Source: Heteronotia binoei (Eukaryota). From it: a DNA stretch of 64,000 nucleotides. Positions within the stretch are counted from its first letter, which is position 1; every line of letters begins with the position of its first letter. The DNA lies in the NCBI RefSeq assembly GCF_032191835.1, contig NC_083226.1, positions 55,800,001 to 55,864,000 of the forward strand, given 5' to 3'. The position numbers and the translations under genes were made by a program. The notes under the pieces were generated by a model, which saw only the letters and a program-made list of their open reading frames with translations, ran no database searches and was not told the origin of the DNA. Of the stretch, positions 12,328 through 24,529 are shown one piece after another.

Positions 12328-13652
12328 CAGTCATGAACCTTTTCCTTTATTTTTGATACTGTTATTTCTCCAAGTGAGCTTCTCCGAGCCCAGTAAAGTT
12401 CTAGTGAATTTCATTTCAGATTTCTTATCTCACAACAGTATTAATATCCAGAGTGCTTTCCAGTGTATTGCAGATGAAATGGACCAAGGCAGCAGAGAGT
12501 CTGGGTCCATTTCATTTTTAATACAGTGGTGAGCTCCTTTGTAGTGCTCTTTTGAAACAGAGTTTCCCCCCTTCAAAGTCAATTGAAAGTCCACTCTGCT
12601 ATTCCTAGTCTGGCAACCAGCCCTTTTTTTGTAGAAAAAACCCAGCAGGAGCTCATTTACATATTAGGCCACACCGTCTGGTTTGGGAGCTTATGGCTGC
12701 TGCATGCCAGGTCAGGCCAGCTGGAGCTCTGGCCAGCCCAGGTGGAGCTCTGCTCCTGTGGGCTCCAACAGGAAAAAAAAAAGTCCTAGTTGCCAGACTA
12801 GGAATAAAATAAAATTAGCCAAGGCTTTCTTAGGTTCAGAGGTAAGCACATTTGGAATATGGGTAGTGGTGGAGGTTCCAGGTTATTTTCTTCTTCATAT
12901 GGAAAATAGTTTTTGCTTAAGAGAACATTGGGTTTTGGGCAGATAAATGCAGAGGAGGATGAGACTGTGCATGTACAAAGTATTTATGGTTGATTTCCAG
13001 GTATGTATGGAAAAAAAATTGTTGTGTGTTTTCAAGAATGGTGCTTGTGATTTGCCAGGAATCTGTGATCTAGTAACTGAGCAGCCTTGCTTTTATGTAT
13101 AATAGATCTATTTCTGTTGTTTAAAGAGTTTTTTTTTTCCTATTTGAACATTTGCAGGAAATCAAAAATAAACAGGACACATATGCATAGAATATTATCA
13201 TGGATGCAGTTCCAAATCCCATCTGTCTGCTCTTTAACACAATAAGTTAAAATGAGAAAAGAGAAAAGGAATAAAAACACTGTGGGTGAAATACAGTAGA
13301 GAGTCTCAAAATCTAACTGGTAACAGTGAAACATGTTTTAAAATATTTGCTGTGATGGGATCCAGTTTGTTCAAATGTAACATGCTATTGAACTCACATT
13401 TAAGGAGATTCTCTGAGAAGGTTAAAATTAACCCAAATCCATAGGGGGTTATCAAATTACTAGCCGGGAAGAGTGATGGCTTAACAGGGACACTTCATGT
13501 TCTCATCAAAATGGCACTTTTCTGCCTGGCAGTGAAAAATTACTAGTGTGTACTGCTTCCACCATTCATTAACGTGTGGCATGGCTAATAGGAACGCTGG
13601 TATTATTTGTGGAATTCTTGTCCCTTGGAAAAGGAGAAAGATTGCATGAATT

Positions 13653-14523
13653 TAGGGTTGCCAGAGACAGAGGTCCTCCACTGCCATACCTAACACTCAG
13701 TTGCTGATCAGTTGGCTGTTGGGGGGAATTTACCAAGAGAAAAGAAGGCCTGGCCTCATGACCAGCATCAAACAGGAAGTGATGTAATCACACCAGTGAT
13801 GTCCAGGTGATGCTCTGCTATTTGGGCAAAATCTCTATGGTAGAAACAGGGCTTGCCCTAGACTGTATGGTGCCCAAGGCCAGGGTAACTTCTAGTGCTC
13901 CCCGCCTCCCAGCAGAGAAAAACTGGCCTTGGTCTCACTTCACACACACCTGTGCGTATCACCTGGCCATCTCCTTGCGAGTCGCACATCACCTGTTAAC
14001 ACACTACACACACACAAAGGGCCTGGCTGCTTCCTCACAAGTCACGTTGCACCTCACATGCTCCACAAAATACTTAACAGTCATTACATTTTTTTTTAAA
14101 GGTTTTGAGGGGTATGAGTCTTTCCTTTGCTTGTTGTTCACCTGGACCTGTGCATCTCAGAGACATCTAGTGGTCACTTGAGAGAAAACACTGCTTCACT
14201 ACAAAGCTTAGTGATCAAGATGCAGCAGTAAAGCTCCCTGTAATCTGTCCTGTAAAGCCATGTGGGAGATATCCAATTTGGCGCCCCCTGCAGGCTGGCA
14301 CCCTAGGAAATTGCCTAGTTTGCCTAGTGGCAGGGCCGGCCCTAGGTAGAAACCAGTTTTACCCTGGAGTTTTTGCCCAAATTCCAGAGCATCACCTGGA
14401 CATTGGTGACATGATGATGTCACTTCCTGTGTGATGCCAGCAATGAGGCCTAGGCCTTTCTCCTCATATGTCACACCCATCCCCCACCAGTTACCAGTTG
14501 TCAGGAGGGACCTGACAACCCTA
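13653..14523. mobile_element. hAT-like MITE with ~190-bp imperfect subterminal inverted repeats
   Basis: TAGGGTTGCCAG...CTGACAACCCTA. CAGGAAGTGA..TGTCCAGGTGATGCTCTG..TTTGGGCAAAA occurs inverted at both ends. Flanks CATGAATT and CATGAGTA match 6/8. Confidence 0.7.
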
Positions 14524-14595
14524 CATGAGTATCCTTGGCATATGTAAGTACAACTGCAGCAGAGAAAGAGAGGTATACTTCTACACACCTTGCAG

Positions 14596-14678
14596 TTCAT
14601 GAAAAGGATACTGGCCAATTAAGTATGCTGCCCATTGGCCACCTTCTTAGCAGCAAGTTTCTCAGCAATGTTATTTGG
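14596..14678 (+). CDS. Candidate internal exon of an unidentified host gene (xHEKDTGQLSMLPIGHLLSSKFLSNVIW)
   Basis: Acceptor CTTCTACACACCTTGCAG and donor GTAAGT. One frame is open. No homology recognised, so this could be chance. Confidence 0.2.
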
Positions 14679-15780
14679 GTAAGTGCTTGTTCTGCTTGAT
14701 ATTCTGTGGAAGGCAAGACCAGGTGGATAATTCTTTTTATTGGAAAGTGAATATCTAAGTTTGTGCTGCTAAGATAAAACATCAGCTTTATCTTAACTAG
14801 TCTGGGTTTTTTAAAAAGTCAGGGTTCCTCTTAGAAACAACAATAAACTGTTGTTGTTTAGCTACAGGAGGGATGTAGAATAGTAATGTTTAACTCACAG
14901 TAGCTCATTAAATGTTCATAGGGTTTTTCTACCATAAAGAACGAGACAAGTAATTAATTGACAGCCATAAATCTTTAGTTTTATTTGTGATGGTCCAAAA
15001 TAATCCTTCCTGTTACATACTTAGGAGAACCATGGAGATAATCAGATAGCTTTTCAGAAATAGAAATAAAATCTTTGAGTAGTAGTACCGAAAAAAATGT
15101 TGCTTAAATTAAGAAAATCAAGAGCAAATGTATCAGTATTTGAGTAATAGCCACAATTTTTCTCAGACAAAAATGCTTTAACTCCTCAATTCTTTAGAGG
15201 TTATTATGCAATTTCAACATTTTTTTTGTTACAACTAAGTTGTGTTGTGTGCATTATACAAAGCCAAAGAAAGTGTAAATCTCAAACTTCTTATTTTTAC
15301 ATGCATATGTGATAACATCCTTGCTGTTAAAGTTTTGTTTGTTTTTTTTAAAAAGTCTTGTGGTAATGGGCTCCATTATACCACCATTTTGAAATCATTT
15401 ATGCATGTTTGATGTACTTTTCCAAGAACCTGCACAAGTAGAAGCTCCTTGTCTGCATGAAGGGTGTAACATTTGGTGAAGGTGCTGAGTTCCTTGATGT
15501 ACTGTAGCAGTGCACATGATCTGTACCTGCATACATTTTTTTATTCAAGGTGAATGCAACCTTTCTGTGAACAAGATTTGAAAAGCTAGTAAATGTTTCG
15601 GTGCTTTTGATATAGTGATAGAACTTCTGCAATTAATATTTTTAAAATACGATAAAAATCTGCTGGATGGATTTAACTTCTCTTGGAGCAGCCTCTTTTT
15701 CAGCAACCGAAAATAACTTGAGCTTGCTTTAGTTTGACTAAAACATATGATTAAATAAAAACTCTGAAGTGATCCTATCC

Positions 15781-16253
15781 TAGGGTTGCCAGGTCTGACT
15801 CAAGAAATATCTGGGGATTTTGAAAGTGGAGTGGAGCAAGTGTGACAAGCACGGTTGAACTCTGAAAGGAAGTTCTGGCAGTCACATTTAATTAGACTTG
15901 CACGTTTTTTAAATGCCTTCCCTCCATTTGGAAATAATGAAGGATAGGGGTTTCATAGAATTGGATGCCCTGGTCCAGTCTTTTTGAAACTTGGGTGGGA
16001 GGTGTTGAGGAGAGGCACTGAATGCTGTGCTGAAAATTTGGTTCCTATACCTAAAAAACCCCAGCTCTGCTAGAGCTCCAGATATCTATGGATCAATTAT
16101 CCATTATACCCTATGGGAATTGATCTCTATAGAGTATGATGGAGTGCCCAACAGACATTTCCTTTCCCCCACCACTTTCTGATCACCCTGAAGTGGGGGG
16201 AGGGTATCCAAAGTGGGGCATCCCCTGCCCCCAACTGAGGATTGGCAACCCTA
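15781..16253. mobile_element. TAGGGTTGCCA-family hAT MITE, opposite orientation to 4878-5748
   Basis: TAGGGTTGCCAGG...TTGGCAACCCTA. Internal sequence is the reverse complement of the 3' part of 4878-5748. TSD is decayed (5/8). Confidence 0.75.
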
Positions 16254-16419
16254 TGCCATCATGTAATGTTTTTTACACCCAATGTGACCTATAATAACCT
16301 ATATTGTACTTGTTCCATCCATCATCTCTGCTAAGTAATTAATTGTATTTAGAAGTCAACATATATTTCAGTGACCCCAAAACAATCACACATTTAGGTT
16401 TTACTATTTTGGCACACCT

Positions 16420-17200
16420 TCACTAACCTTATGGGCTGCTGTATAAGGTCCTTCCCAGGCTACTTCTAATTTGTTCTTCCTTCTGGGCTTAAGTATTAAA
16501 ACTCGATATCTAGGGCTTGAATTCTCTGTTGTTGGCCTTGGAGTCATACCACACCTTTTGTTGTTGCTGCACTCTTCTCATGTTGTCTGCTGCTGCCGTT
16601 ATCAGCTCCTGTAGATGGTCTTGAAGCTTTTGCAGATAGGTGATGACATTGATGTTTTGGACACTCTCTCAACCCGACCAGGCCTCTTTCAAGATGCCCA
16701 GCAGACCTCTTGTTTGTCTCCCATAGAGGAGCTTAAAGGGACTGAGCCCTGAGCTTTCTTGGAGTACTTTCCTGTACCTGAAGAGCAGGTGTTGTAATCA
16801 CTGGTCCCCATCATTGGGATGTAGGTATACATTTTCAGCTTACAATTCAGCATCTCATTTAATCTTTTGTTCCAGCCATTAGCTTGTGGATGGTACACAA
16901 TTGTTGTCTTATGTTGGATACCACAACTTGCATTGTATATTTGAATTGACATGGGTTTTCCACAGTAACCTCTTGTTCATTTGCTTCAGCTTTCAGCCAC
17001 AGTTCTTGTAAGCTGGGATCCTGTCATTGTTCAGTCAGGAACTCTGCTGCATGCATTCTCTATAAAAAATGTCTACTCTTCTACATTGTCAGAAGCTTCT
17101 AGTTCTGGTTGCTGTTCAGCTTGTACTGGTTGTTGAACTGCCATACTTCTGATGGCAATGTTAACTGAGAATACTTCCTGGCTTTTTAATTGGGAAGCAG
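16420..17200 (-). mobile_element. Gypsy integrase remnant and upstream linker (Gmr1-like element)
   Basis: EFLTEQ.QDPSLQELW, then YHPQANG.N.RLN; frameshifted REVPQESTGFSPFELLYGRQ-like segment; KVWYDSKA..REFKP..KNKLEVAWEGPY (GPY/F module). Confidence 0.8.
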
Positions 17201-17299
17201 GCCTGTCGCTGGAGGTTCTGCTGCCCGAGGCAGAGCCCCACTCCCCGCCCCTGGCCTGGCCCGGGCAAGTCAGGGTGGCAGCGGGCATGCCCAGAGCAG

Positions 17300-17790
17300 G
17301 ACCTTGAGCACACTCACTGTGCGTGCCCCCCCACCTTGCTGAGGTTTCCTAAGTCTTGGGAAGCATCAGCAAGATCAAGACAGCAACAGTCATGTTCAGA
17401 GTTGAGCTCTGAGCGTGCTTACTGCCACGCCCCCCCCATGACCTCGCCAAGGCTTCCTGCGTCTCAGGAAGCCTCATTGAGATAGGGACAGCAGTGGGTG
17501 TGTTCAGAGCTGGGCTCTGAGCATACTCACTGCCATGCTCCCCCACAACTTCGCTGAAGCTTCCTGAGTCTTGGGAAGCCTCAGCGAGATCGGGCAGCAG
17601 GCATATTCAGAGCTGGGTTCTGAGTACGCTCGCTGCCATGCTCCTCCCATGACCTTGCTGAGGCTTCCTGAGTCTTGGGAATCCTTGGCAAGATCAGGAT
17701 GGCAGTGGGTGAATTCAGAGCCAGGCCCTGAGTGCACTCACTGCCAGCCCCCCCACAACCTTGCCCACACTTCCTGAGTCTCGGGAAGAC
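17300..17790. repeat. Tandem repeat, ~106-bp unit x ~5, each unit with an internal palindrome; inserted into the Gypsy element
   Basis: (G/A)(C/T)TTCCT anchors at ~17345, 17453, 17559, 17663, 17770. Each unit carries CTGA(G/A)GCTTCC-N9-GGAAGCCTCAG. Confidence 0.8.
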
Positions 17791-17979
17791 TGTGCACAAG
17801 GGAGTGGCTGGGTAGCGCCTGCGCAGTGTGGTCCTCAGACAACTGCACAGATGCTGCTGGCTTTTGCATTCCATGAGTCTGTAACAGACCCAGGGAATAA
17901 AAAAGTCACCGGGCAGTAGGAGAGGGGGTGCCCTAAACGGCTGCCTACTTGGCTGACTCCCACATACCAGTCTCGTTGG

Positions 17980-18265
17980 GAAGCCAGATCATTTTCCCAC
18001 TAAAAGTGGGTAATCGTATCATTATTCTTCAGAACTCCGAGTATCCAGTTGCCTTGGACGTTCTTGTACTTTATAGAGATTTCAGCTAGAGCTACTTCAA
18101 ATGCTGGTCCACAAATGCTTTAAGGGTGTATATTTTCCTTGGCAAGTACTGGTGATTCTGCTCTAATTCTGGTTGAATCAAGGAAACCTGCCTCGAAAAG
18201 CTGGTTTTTTGGGCTGTGAGTTTACTGTGGTGTAGGGATTTCTTCTGTGTCTGTGTCTGTGTTTA
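17980..18265 (-). mobile_element. Degenerate retroviral-type aspartic protease region of the same Gypsy element
   Basis: Frameshifted QVSLIQPE..QYLPRK..GPAFEVALAEISI..GNWILGVL..LLVG.NDLA. The catalytic DTG is not intact. Confidence 0.5.
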
Positions 18266-18276
18266 GGCACTTTGCA

Positions 18277-18608
18277 ACCTTGGACTGCAAGAAGATCAAA
18301 TCAGTCAGTCCTAAGGGAAATCAACCCAGATCGTTCACTGGAAGGTCAGATGCTGAAGTTGAAGCTCAAATACTTTGGCCACCAAATGAGAAGGGAGCAC
18401 TCCCTGGAGAAGATCCTGATGCTAGGAATGACAGAAGGCAAAAGAAGAAGGGGACAGCAAAGATGAGATGGCTGGACAGTGTTACTGATGTAACAAACAC
18501 GAATTTGAGCAGACTTTGGAGGATAGTGGAAGACAGGAGGGCCTGGCGTGACTTTGTCCATGGGGTCGCAAAGAGTTGGACTCGACTGTGTGACTGAACA
18601 ACAACAAA
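18277..18608 (+). mobile_element. BovB (RTE) LINE 3' end
   Basis: PWTARRSNQSVLREINPDRSLEGQMLKLKLKYFGHQMRREHSLEKILMLG.TEGKRRRGQQ..RWLDSVTD. Ends GGGGTCGCAAAGAGTTGGACTCGACT..(AAC)n. Confidence 0.92.
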
Positions 18609-18609
18609 A

Positions 18610-19420
18610 CTTGGACAGTTTGGGCTGTTAATGTTGCTTTCTGTATCATCAAGTAATGTTGCTGCCTCTTCCACAGTTTTTAATTTTTTGTCCTTCAGAA
18701 CCCATCTAAACTGGGAAGGTATTTGGTTATAAAATTGTTCCAACCCAATTGGGTTTTTCAATTTGCCAAAAGTGGTGACTTTACTCCCTTCAATTCACTT
18801 GTTTAGGGCTCTGTCTAAGCAACACCCTTCTTGCAAGTAGGTCTCCCCTGGTTTCCTTTTAATCTCCCTAAAGGTTTTTATGCTTTGTTCAGCAGCAAAC
18901 CCGTATCTGTTTCTCTTTCTTTGAACAATGCATAGCCAGATGTTTGTCTCACATTTCTGAGATGTATTTCACTCAACTCTCCACTCATTTGTGGGTGTAA
19001 ATACAACATCCTGTCTTCATCAGTGATGCATAAATTCTGGCATGTTCTTTCAAAGCTAAATAGAAATGCCTATATACCATCTGATATTGGGGAAATAGCT
19101 TTTGTTCTACTGCAGGACCTTCACCACTTCTGTGGGAACTTAGATCTGCCCTCACCTGCAACTCTTTAATGCTGAGATGATACAGTTCTCTCTCATGTTT
19201 TTCTTTTACTCACTCTTCCCCCTCTTTCTCTTTTTTGTCTGCCTCTATTCTAGCCCTTTCTTACTGTACTTGAAGTTTGGCCAACTGCAGTTCTCTTTCT
19301 GCTGCAATTCTTGCCATTTCTACTCTTTCAGCTTTTTCTGCCTCAATTTTTGCCAACTCTATATACATCCTCATTACTTCTATATCCTAACTGGGGTTCT
19401 CCAGAAGAGTTACCCCTTCT
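18610..19420 (-). mobile_element. Gypsy gag remnant: coiled-coil N-terminus plus a SCAN-like capsid C-terminal region
   Basis: IELAKIEAEKAERVEMARIAAERELQLAKLQ; LFPQY..AFLFSFERTCQNL..RMLYLHPQMSG; IGLEQFYNQIPSQFRWVLKDKKLKTVEEAATLLDD (ORF 18366-18761). Confidence 0.75.
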
Positions 19421-19574
19421 GCCTGTCCATCTCCCTTCATCTTTCCAGCCTTCTGTGGAGGTTCCATTTCTGACAGGATTTTTTTTCTTTAAACTGCTTC
19501 AAAGGTACAAAAATGTATTTTTCTATTCTATTTTTGTTGAGGAAAACTGTTTGTGGGTTATTTTGTATCATGGT

Positions 19575-19584
19575 GCTGCCACCA
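19575..19584 (-). promoter_or_regulatory. Putative primer-binding site (tRNA-Leu-like); the 5' LTR lies to the right (~19587 onward)
   Basis: Minus strand reads ...TGACACA TT TGGTGGCAGC, complementary to the GCTGCCACCA 3' end of tRNA-Leu. An AATAAA on the minus strand lies ~130 bp inside the presumed LTR. Confidence 0.5.
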
Positions 19585-20247
19585 AATGTGTCAGGGGCGA
19601 CCATTCTATGAAGCACTCTCCTGGAACAATCACCCAGTTGTTGCTTCAGGTGTCAAAATTTACTTTTCAGAAAATGGTACAGTAGGCTCAGGTGCTGATT
19701 TTAAACAAGTTTTGATTTATTTAAACTGACTGGCAGGGAAGGGATGGGATATTTACCTAGGTTTTGGGGAGTTGGAAGATGTAGGCAGACAGTTAAAACT
19801 GAACACAGAATTACTTCTGAGGTAACTAACTTCACAAGATACAGTGTTACACTTAAAGTGGTTTAACTTTCCCTAAAGGTATTATTGATGTTACAGGTTT
19901 ATCTTTTTATAAATATTCTATATTCATTTTATAATCACACTACCTTGAGTGTACTCTGCTTTGGGTATAAGACTAAAGTCTCTCTTCTTCCTCTGGTGAG
20001 AGTGTTACTATCTTTCCTTTAAGATAAACAACTTGGGCCTTTGACACCATTTGAGGGCCTTTCACTGCTACCTCAAAACCCTTTGTCAAAACCTGATCTC
20101 CCAGACTTCCAGTCTTTCCCCCCTTTGGACACTAATCTTAATACAGGAAACTGTTTTCCTTCTCAAGATGTGATTCTTTGTTTTACTAATACAGAGACCG
20201 TTCTTAATTCCTGGGAACAACCTTCTATCGGAGTCTCTACTATTCAA

Positions 20248-20490
20248 AGCCAGCTTGGTGCAGTGGTTAAGCGTCTGGGAGAACCGGGTTTGATTCCCCA
20301 CTCCTTCACTTGCAGCTGCTGGAATGGCCTTGGGTCAGCCTTGAAAGGGCAGTTTCTGTTAGAGCTTTTTCAGCCCCATCCATCTCAGCTGGTGTCTGTT
20401 GTGGGGGAGAAAGATAAAGGAGATTGTGAGCCGCTCTGAGATTCGGAGTGGAGGTTGGGATATAAATCCAATAGCATCCTCATCATCCTA
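20248..20490 (+). mobile_element. tRNA-derived SINE (same family as 9290)
   Basis: TGGTGCAGTGGTTAAG..GGGTTTGATTCCCCACTCC..GAGCCGCTCTGAG..ATAAATCCAATA. Confidence 0.8.
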
Positions 20491-21008
20491 CATGGGCTCT
20501 GAATCAGATTCTGCTGTATGTCTCTTAACACACACTGGAGACCATCACAAAGACCTCCACTCTCTTTTCCAGTCACTCTTCAACTGTTTCAACTCTGTCA
20601 CTGCTTTTCCCAACAGTCTGCCACCCTCTTTTGACAATTAGAAGCACTTCACCAATCAGAGTTAGTTCTGTTAGCTATCACTTACTTGCAGTTCCATTAG
20701 CTGTCACTCATATGCACTGCCTCTCAGCATGCATATGCCTTTTGTCCATCACAGGAACCTACAACGGCTTGCAGGGTGTACTGCACTCTCTTGTATTGTC
20801 TTCCCCATGCCATTTCTTCTTTCTTTCCTCCTGGCACCCCCATATTCTTACCTTTACTTTCTTACTTGTCTCCTTGCCACCCATGCAACAACCAGGCTTT
20901 TATCCGCCCCCATCTTCAGCTATAGTTACTATTTATTTTCTTCATTTATATACAGACTTTCTTTCCAGCAGCAGTAACAATGTTCTGGAGAGCAGTTGTA
21001 ATTTTGAG

Positions 21009-21186
21009 TGATTGCCAGTCCTCACCTGGAGAGTGGCAACAATGGTTCCCCTGGAGGAAGTGGCTTGTTGGAAGGTGGGTCAATGGTATTGTACCTGTCT
21101 AAGGTCCCACCCCTCCTCAAACCCCACCCTCTCCAGGCTCCACCCCTCATATGTTCAGGAATTTCCCAACCTAGATTTGGCAACCT
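21009..21186. mobile_element. Short TAGGGTTGCCA-family MITE (reverse)
   Basis: Ends AGGAATTTCCCAACCTAGATTTGGCAACCTTA; reverse complement of the 44331 copy. Confidence 0.6.
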
Positions 21187-22904
21187 TATTTTCTTCCCAA
21201 TCAACCATCAAGCAGCCAACCATGGAAGAAATACATTCCCTGATTTTTTTTTTTGTTTGTTTCTAGGTCCAGGGGTTTGTTCTGGACACTGATGAGTTAG
21301 GCAAGACATCTGTTCAGTTGTCTGCAGTCTCCATTAACTGATTTTCACCTCAGAACACAGAGGTCCACAGGAGAAAAATTAAATATTCTGTACCCTGCTC
21401 CCATTTATAATCTCACAGTTTCGGGAAGTTTTGTCCCATATCTTCAGCACAATCTCTGGTTGTGTTGCTTTCCAGTCCTCAATGGGCTGCTTAGCCATCC
21501 ATCTTTCAGCTACTCTGACCCCTTGCAGAAAAGCTACCTAGATAAGTAGTAGCCAATGAATATTAATAGAGTGCAAAGAGGCATTTCCAAGCTGGAAACT
21601 GGTTTTATGGTAGTGTTTTGTTTGATTTGGGCTATTTATTATTTTGACCCAGGCTATTTTTTACAGGCAATTTCCCAACAAGGTGTTTTACCACCTTTTC
21701 AGAATGTAGATGAATTTGCAATGACAGAGTTTCAAGAAGTCAAGATTTTGGAATTAGTAGTATTTTACATGGGTAGAATGCATGTAGTGATAACTTTAGA
21801 GTCTCCCCGCCCCCTCCAATTCAGGTTTTTAAAGTATCATTCTATCAGTGGGTATATTTAAATCACAAACCACTTTATGTACTATGCTTTAGTTGGAATG
21901 AAACCAGATTAAATGCAGACATTGTGGTTTGTGGATCTTGTGAAAGGTGTTGCTGTGTTAAATGCATTATAAGGTTCACTTCCTCAATTTCTATACTAAT
22001 AGTTATTTAATTTACATAATATGCTTTTCAGGATTTGCTTTTAAAGACTACATCTTGTTCTTGATTATTTTAATTTTTTTGTTACTGATAAACTGTATTT
22101 TTAAGAGTCATGTTTTTATTAATGTAATTAATGCAATAGCACTAATCATGTGCTTATCTTTTTTTTTCTTCCAAGGAAAATTGTATCTTTTTCACATCTG
22201 TCTAGAAGATGTTCATCAGATTTACATTTTCTTATTACAGAATTTTAAAATAAGCCACACTTCATCGCTCAAAGTGTGGAAGATGTCATTAAACTGGCTC
22301 TCTAATCAAGAAGGTGTAAAAAATTTAATTAAACTAATGGAAGGCTGACTTAATTATTCAAAAATATATTAAAGCACTTGCTTCACATGTGATTCCAATT
22401 TTCTAATTTCTTAGTAGATGGCTTTTATTTACTTAGTTGCCCTAATTCCATAGTGTCTTAGGTTATATGCATGAGACACATTGCATCACAATATTCAACT
22501 TAAAGCATTGCACCAGTATTTTGATATTGTTCTAATTCAGCATTATTCACTGGCATTATTACATCAGTGAGCCTGGGAGATGTTTTTGAATCTATAAAGT
22601 ACAGTAGCTGAACAGAGTCTTGTACAATACAAAGAGAACTAGGCAAATGTTAAGGGAGGTAGGCTGGGTTTTGTTATGTTGCATCCTTAAAAGTACAGAC
22701 AACTATAGAAGCAGAACTAGTGATAAGATATTACTTTGCAGATACAGAAACAGCTTTTCCATACAAGGAATGTTTCTCCTCCAGCTTTCCAGACTCAGTT
22801 AACTATGTTGACTTACACAATCTTTATGGAGCTGTAGTGCTGCCTATTTCATATAGTCCACATACAATTTGATCCAAGTTCCCTGTGAAAATGACAGTAA
22901 TTAT

Positions 22905-23768
22905 GGGTACATCTCTATATACACCAATATACAGATGACACCCAGCTCTATCCAATGATGGGTGGCCAGTCTGACTGTAGCCCGGATAATCTAGACCTGG
23001 CTCTTCAAGCTGTAGCCTCTTGGCTCAGACAGAGTCGGTTGAAGCTGAATCCGATGAAGACGGAGGTTCTCTATCTGGGTCGGGGTGGCCCAGGAAGGGA
23101 GATCCCTTTACCAACTCTTGATGGGATGCCACAAGTTTGGGAGTGCTTCTTGAGTCCTCTTTGACAATGGAGGCTCAAGTTGCAGCTACTGCCAAATCTG
23201 CCTTTTTCCATCTCTGGCAGGCTCAGCAGTTACCCCTTTCCTGGAACATGACAACCTAGCAATGGTAATGCATGCCACGGTCACCTGGAGAATAGATCAC
23301 TGTAATGCTCTCTACATGGGGCTACCCTTGACTCTGACTCAGAAACTGCAGCTAGTGCAGAACACAGCAGAATGCAGCAGCGTGGCTGTTAATGAGGCTC
23401 CCTTGATAGGAGCACATTCAGCTGGTGCTGAAAGAACTGCACTGGCTACCTATTGTGTTCTGAGTCTGTTTCAACATGTTGGTATTGACCTTTAAAGCCC
23501 TGTATGATCAGGGGCTATCTATCTTTGGGACCACCTTTCTCCACATGTTTCCCAGAGAGTTATTCTGACAGGCTTTTGGCACTTAAACCGGGAGAGGACT
23601 GCCGCCTATGCCACTGAGATATTGCAGCTACTATGGGTTTAACTGTTAGTAAAGGACAATCCCGCCTAGTTGTATTTATTGTCTGAAATTTTGAACTGAT
23701 TGTTAGTTGCCTTGAGTCCGCTTACAGAGATAGCAGGGTATAAATCAAAGGTAATAATAATAATAATA
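22905..23768 (+). mobile_element. L2 LINE 3' fragment (RT end and tail)
   Basis: YTDDTQLY..VASWLRQSRLKLNP.KTEVL; HATVTWRIDHCNALYMGLP..QKLQLVQN. Tail GCCTTGAGTC..GGGTATAAAT(AAT)n. Confidence 0.85.
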
Positions 23769-24529
23769 TAGCTCAGAGGAAGAAAAATTCATATGCAGAA
23801 GTTCTAGGACTGATTTCTAATGTAAAAAGCCTTTGGTAAAATCAGAGGAAATGGCCTTTGTCTTTGGTTATAAAAGCTGCTACAAATAACATTAAATAGT
23901 ATAGTGCAGTAATGTGTTAATCATGTATCTGTGTTGGCACCTTTAAGACCAACAAAGTTTTATTCTGGTATAAGGGCGAGAAGAGCTATCTTGGCTGAGT
24001 ACAGTTCTTACCCTCTCAGAATTCTTTTTCTGCCACCTTTTCTGACCCCCTCAGAAGTCTTTTTTTCTTGTTCTCCTCTCTTTGCCTTTTGCACCAGCCT
24101 TGTAGACTCTGGTTGCAACAACACTGGCCTCGGGTGCCCCCCGTTACCCCAACAAAAATTGTGTCTGTGGGCCCCACCAATATTAAAATTCTGCCTATGG
24201 CCCTGCCAACCCCGCCACTCCACACAGCTCCCAGGACTGCCCCAGAGGCACGGAGTGGCTGTGCTTTTCTCCTGCTTTTCCAGCTAAGGCTGGTAATGTA
24301 GGAAGAATATCTCTCCCTCCCCCACCTCCTGGGATTGCCAGAGAGGCATGGGGTGACTGGGCTTCCTTCTGCATTTCCAGCCTTGGAGCCTTGTGCCCCC
24401 CCCCCCCCCCGGAACTCTCAGAAAATTGGTTATCAGTGTGTGGCACCAGAAGTTAGCCTTGCCTAGGGTGCTAGATGGTCTAGGGCTGTCCCTGTATGCA
24501 AGGTGTGTGTATATTAAATGCTTCTCCCT

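Noticed and set aside
17300-17790. Regularly spaced palindromes resembling CRISPR repeats or attC sites
   Set aside because: The intervening sequences are homologous to each other, so this is a tandem repeat.
21556-22348. ORFs 21556-21861 and 21962-22348 with internal acceptor-like sites
   Set aside because: Poor donor sites, AT-rich low-information peptides and no recognisable family.
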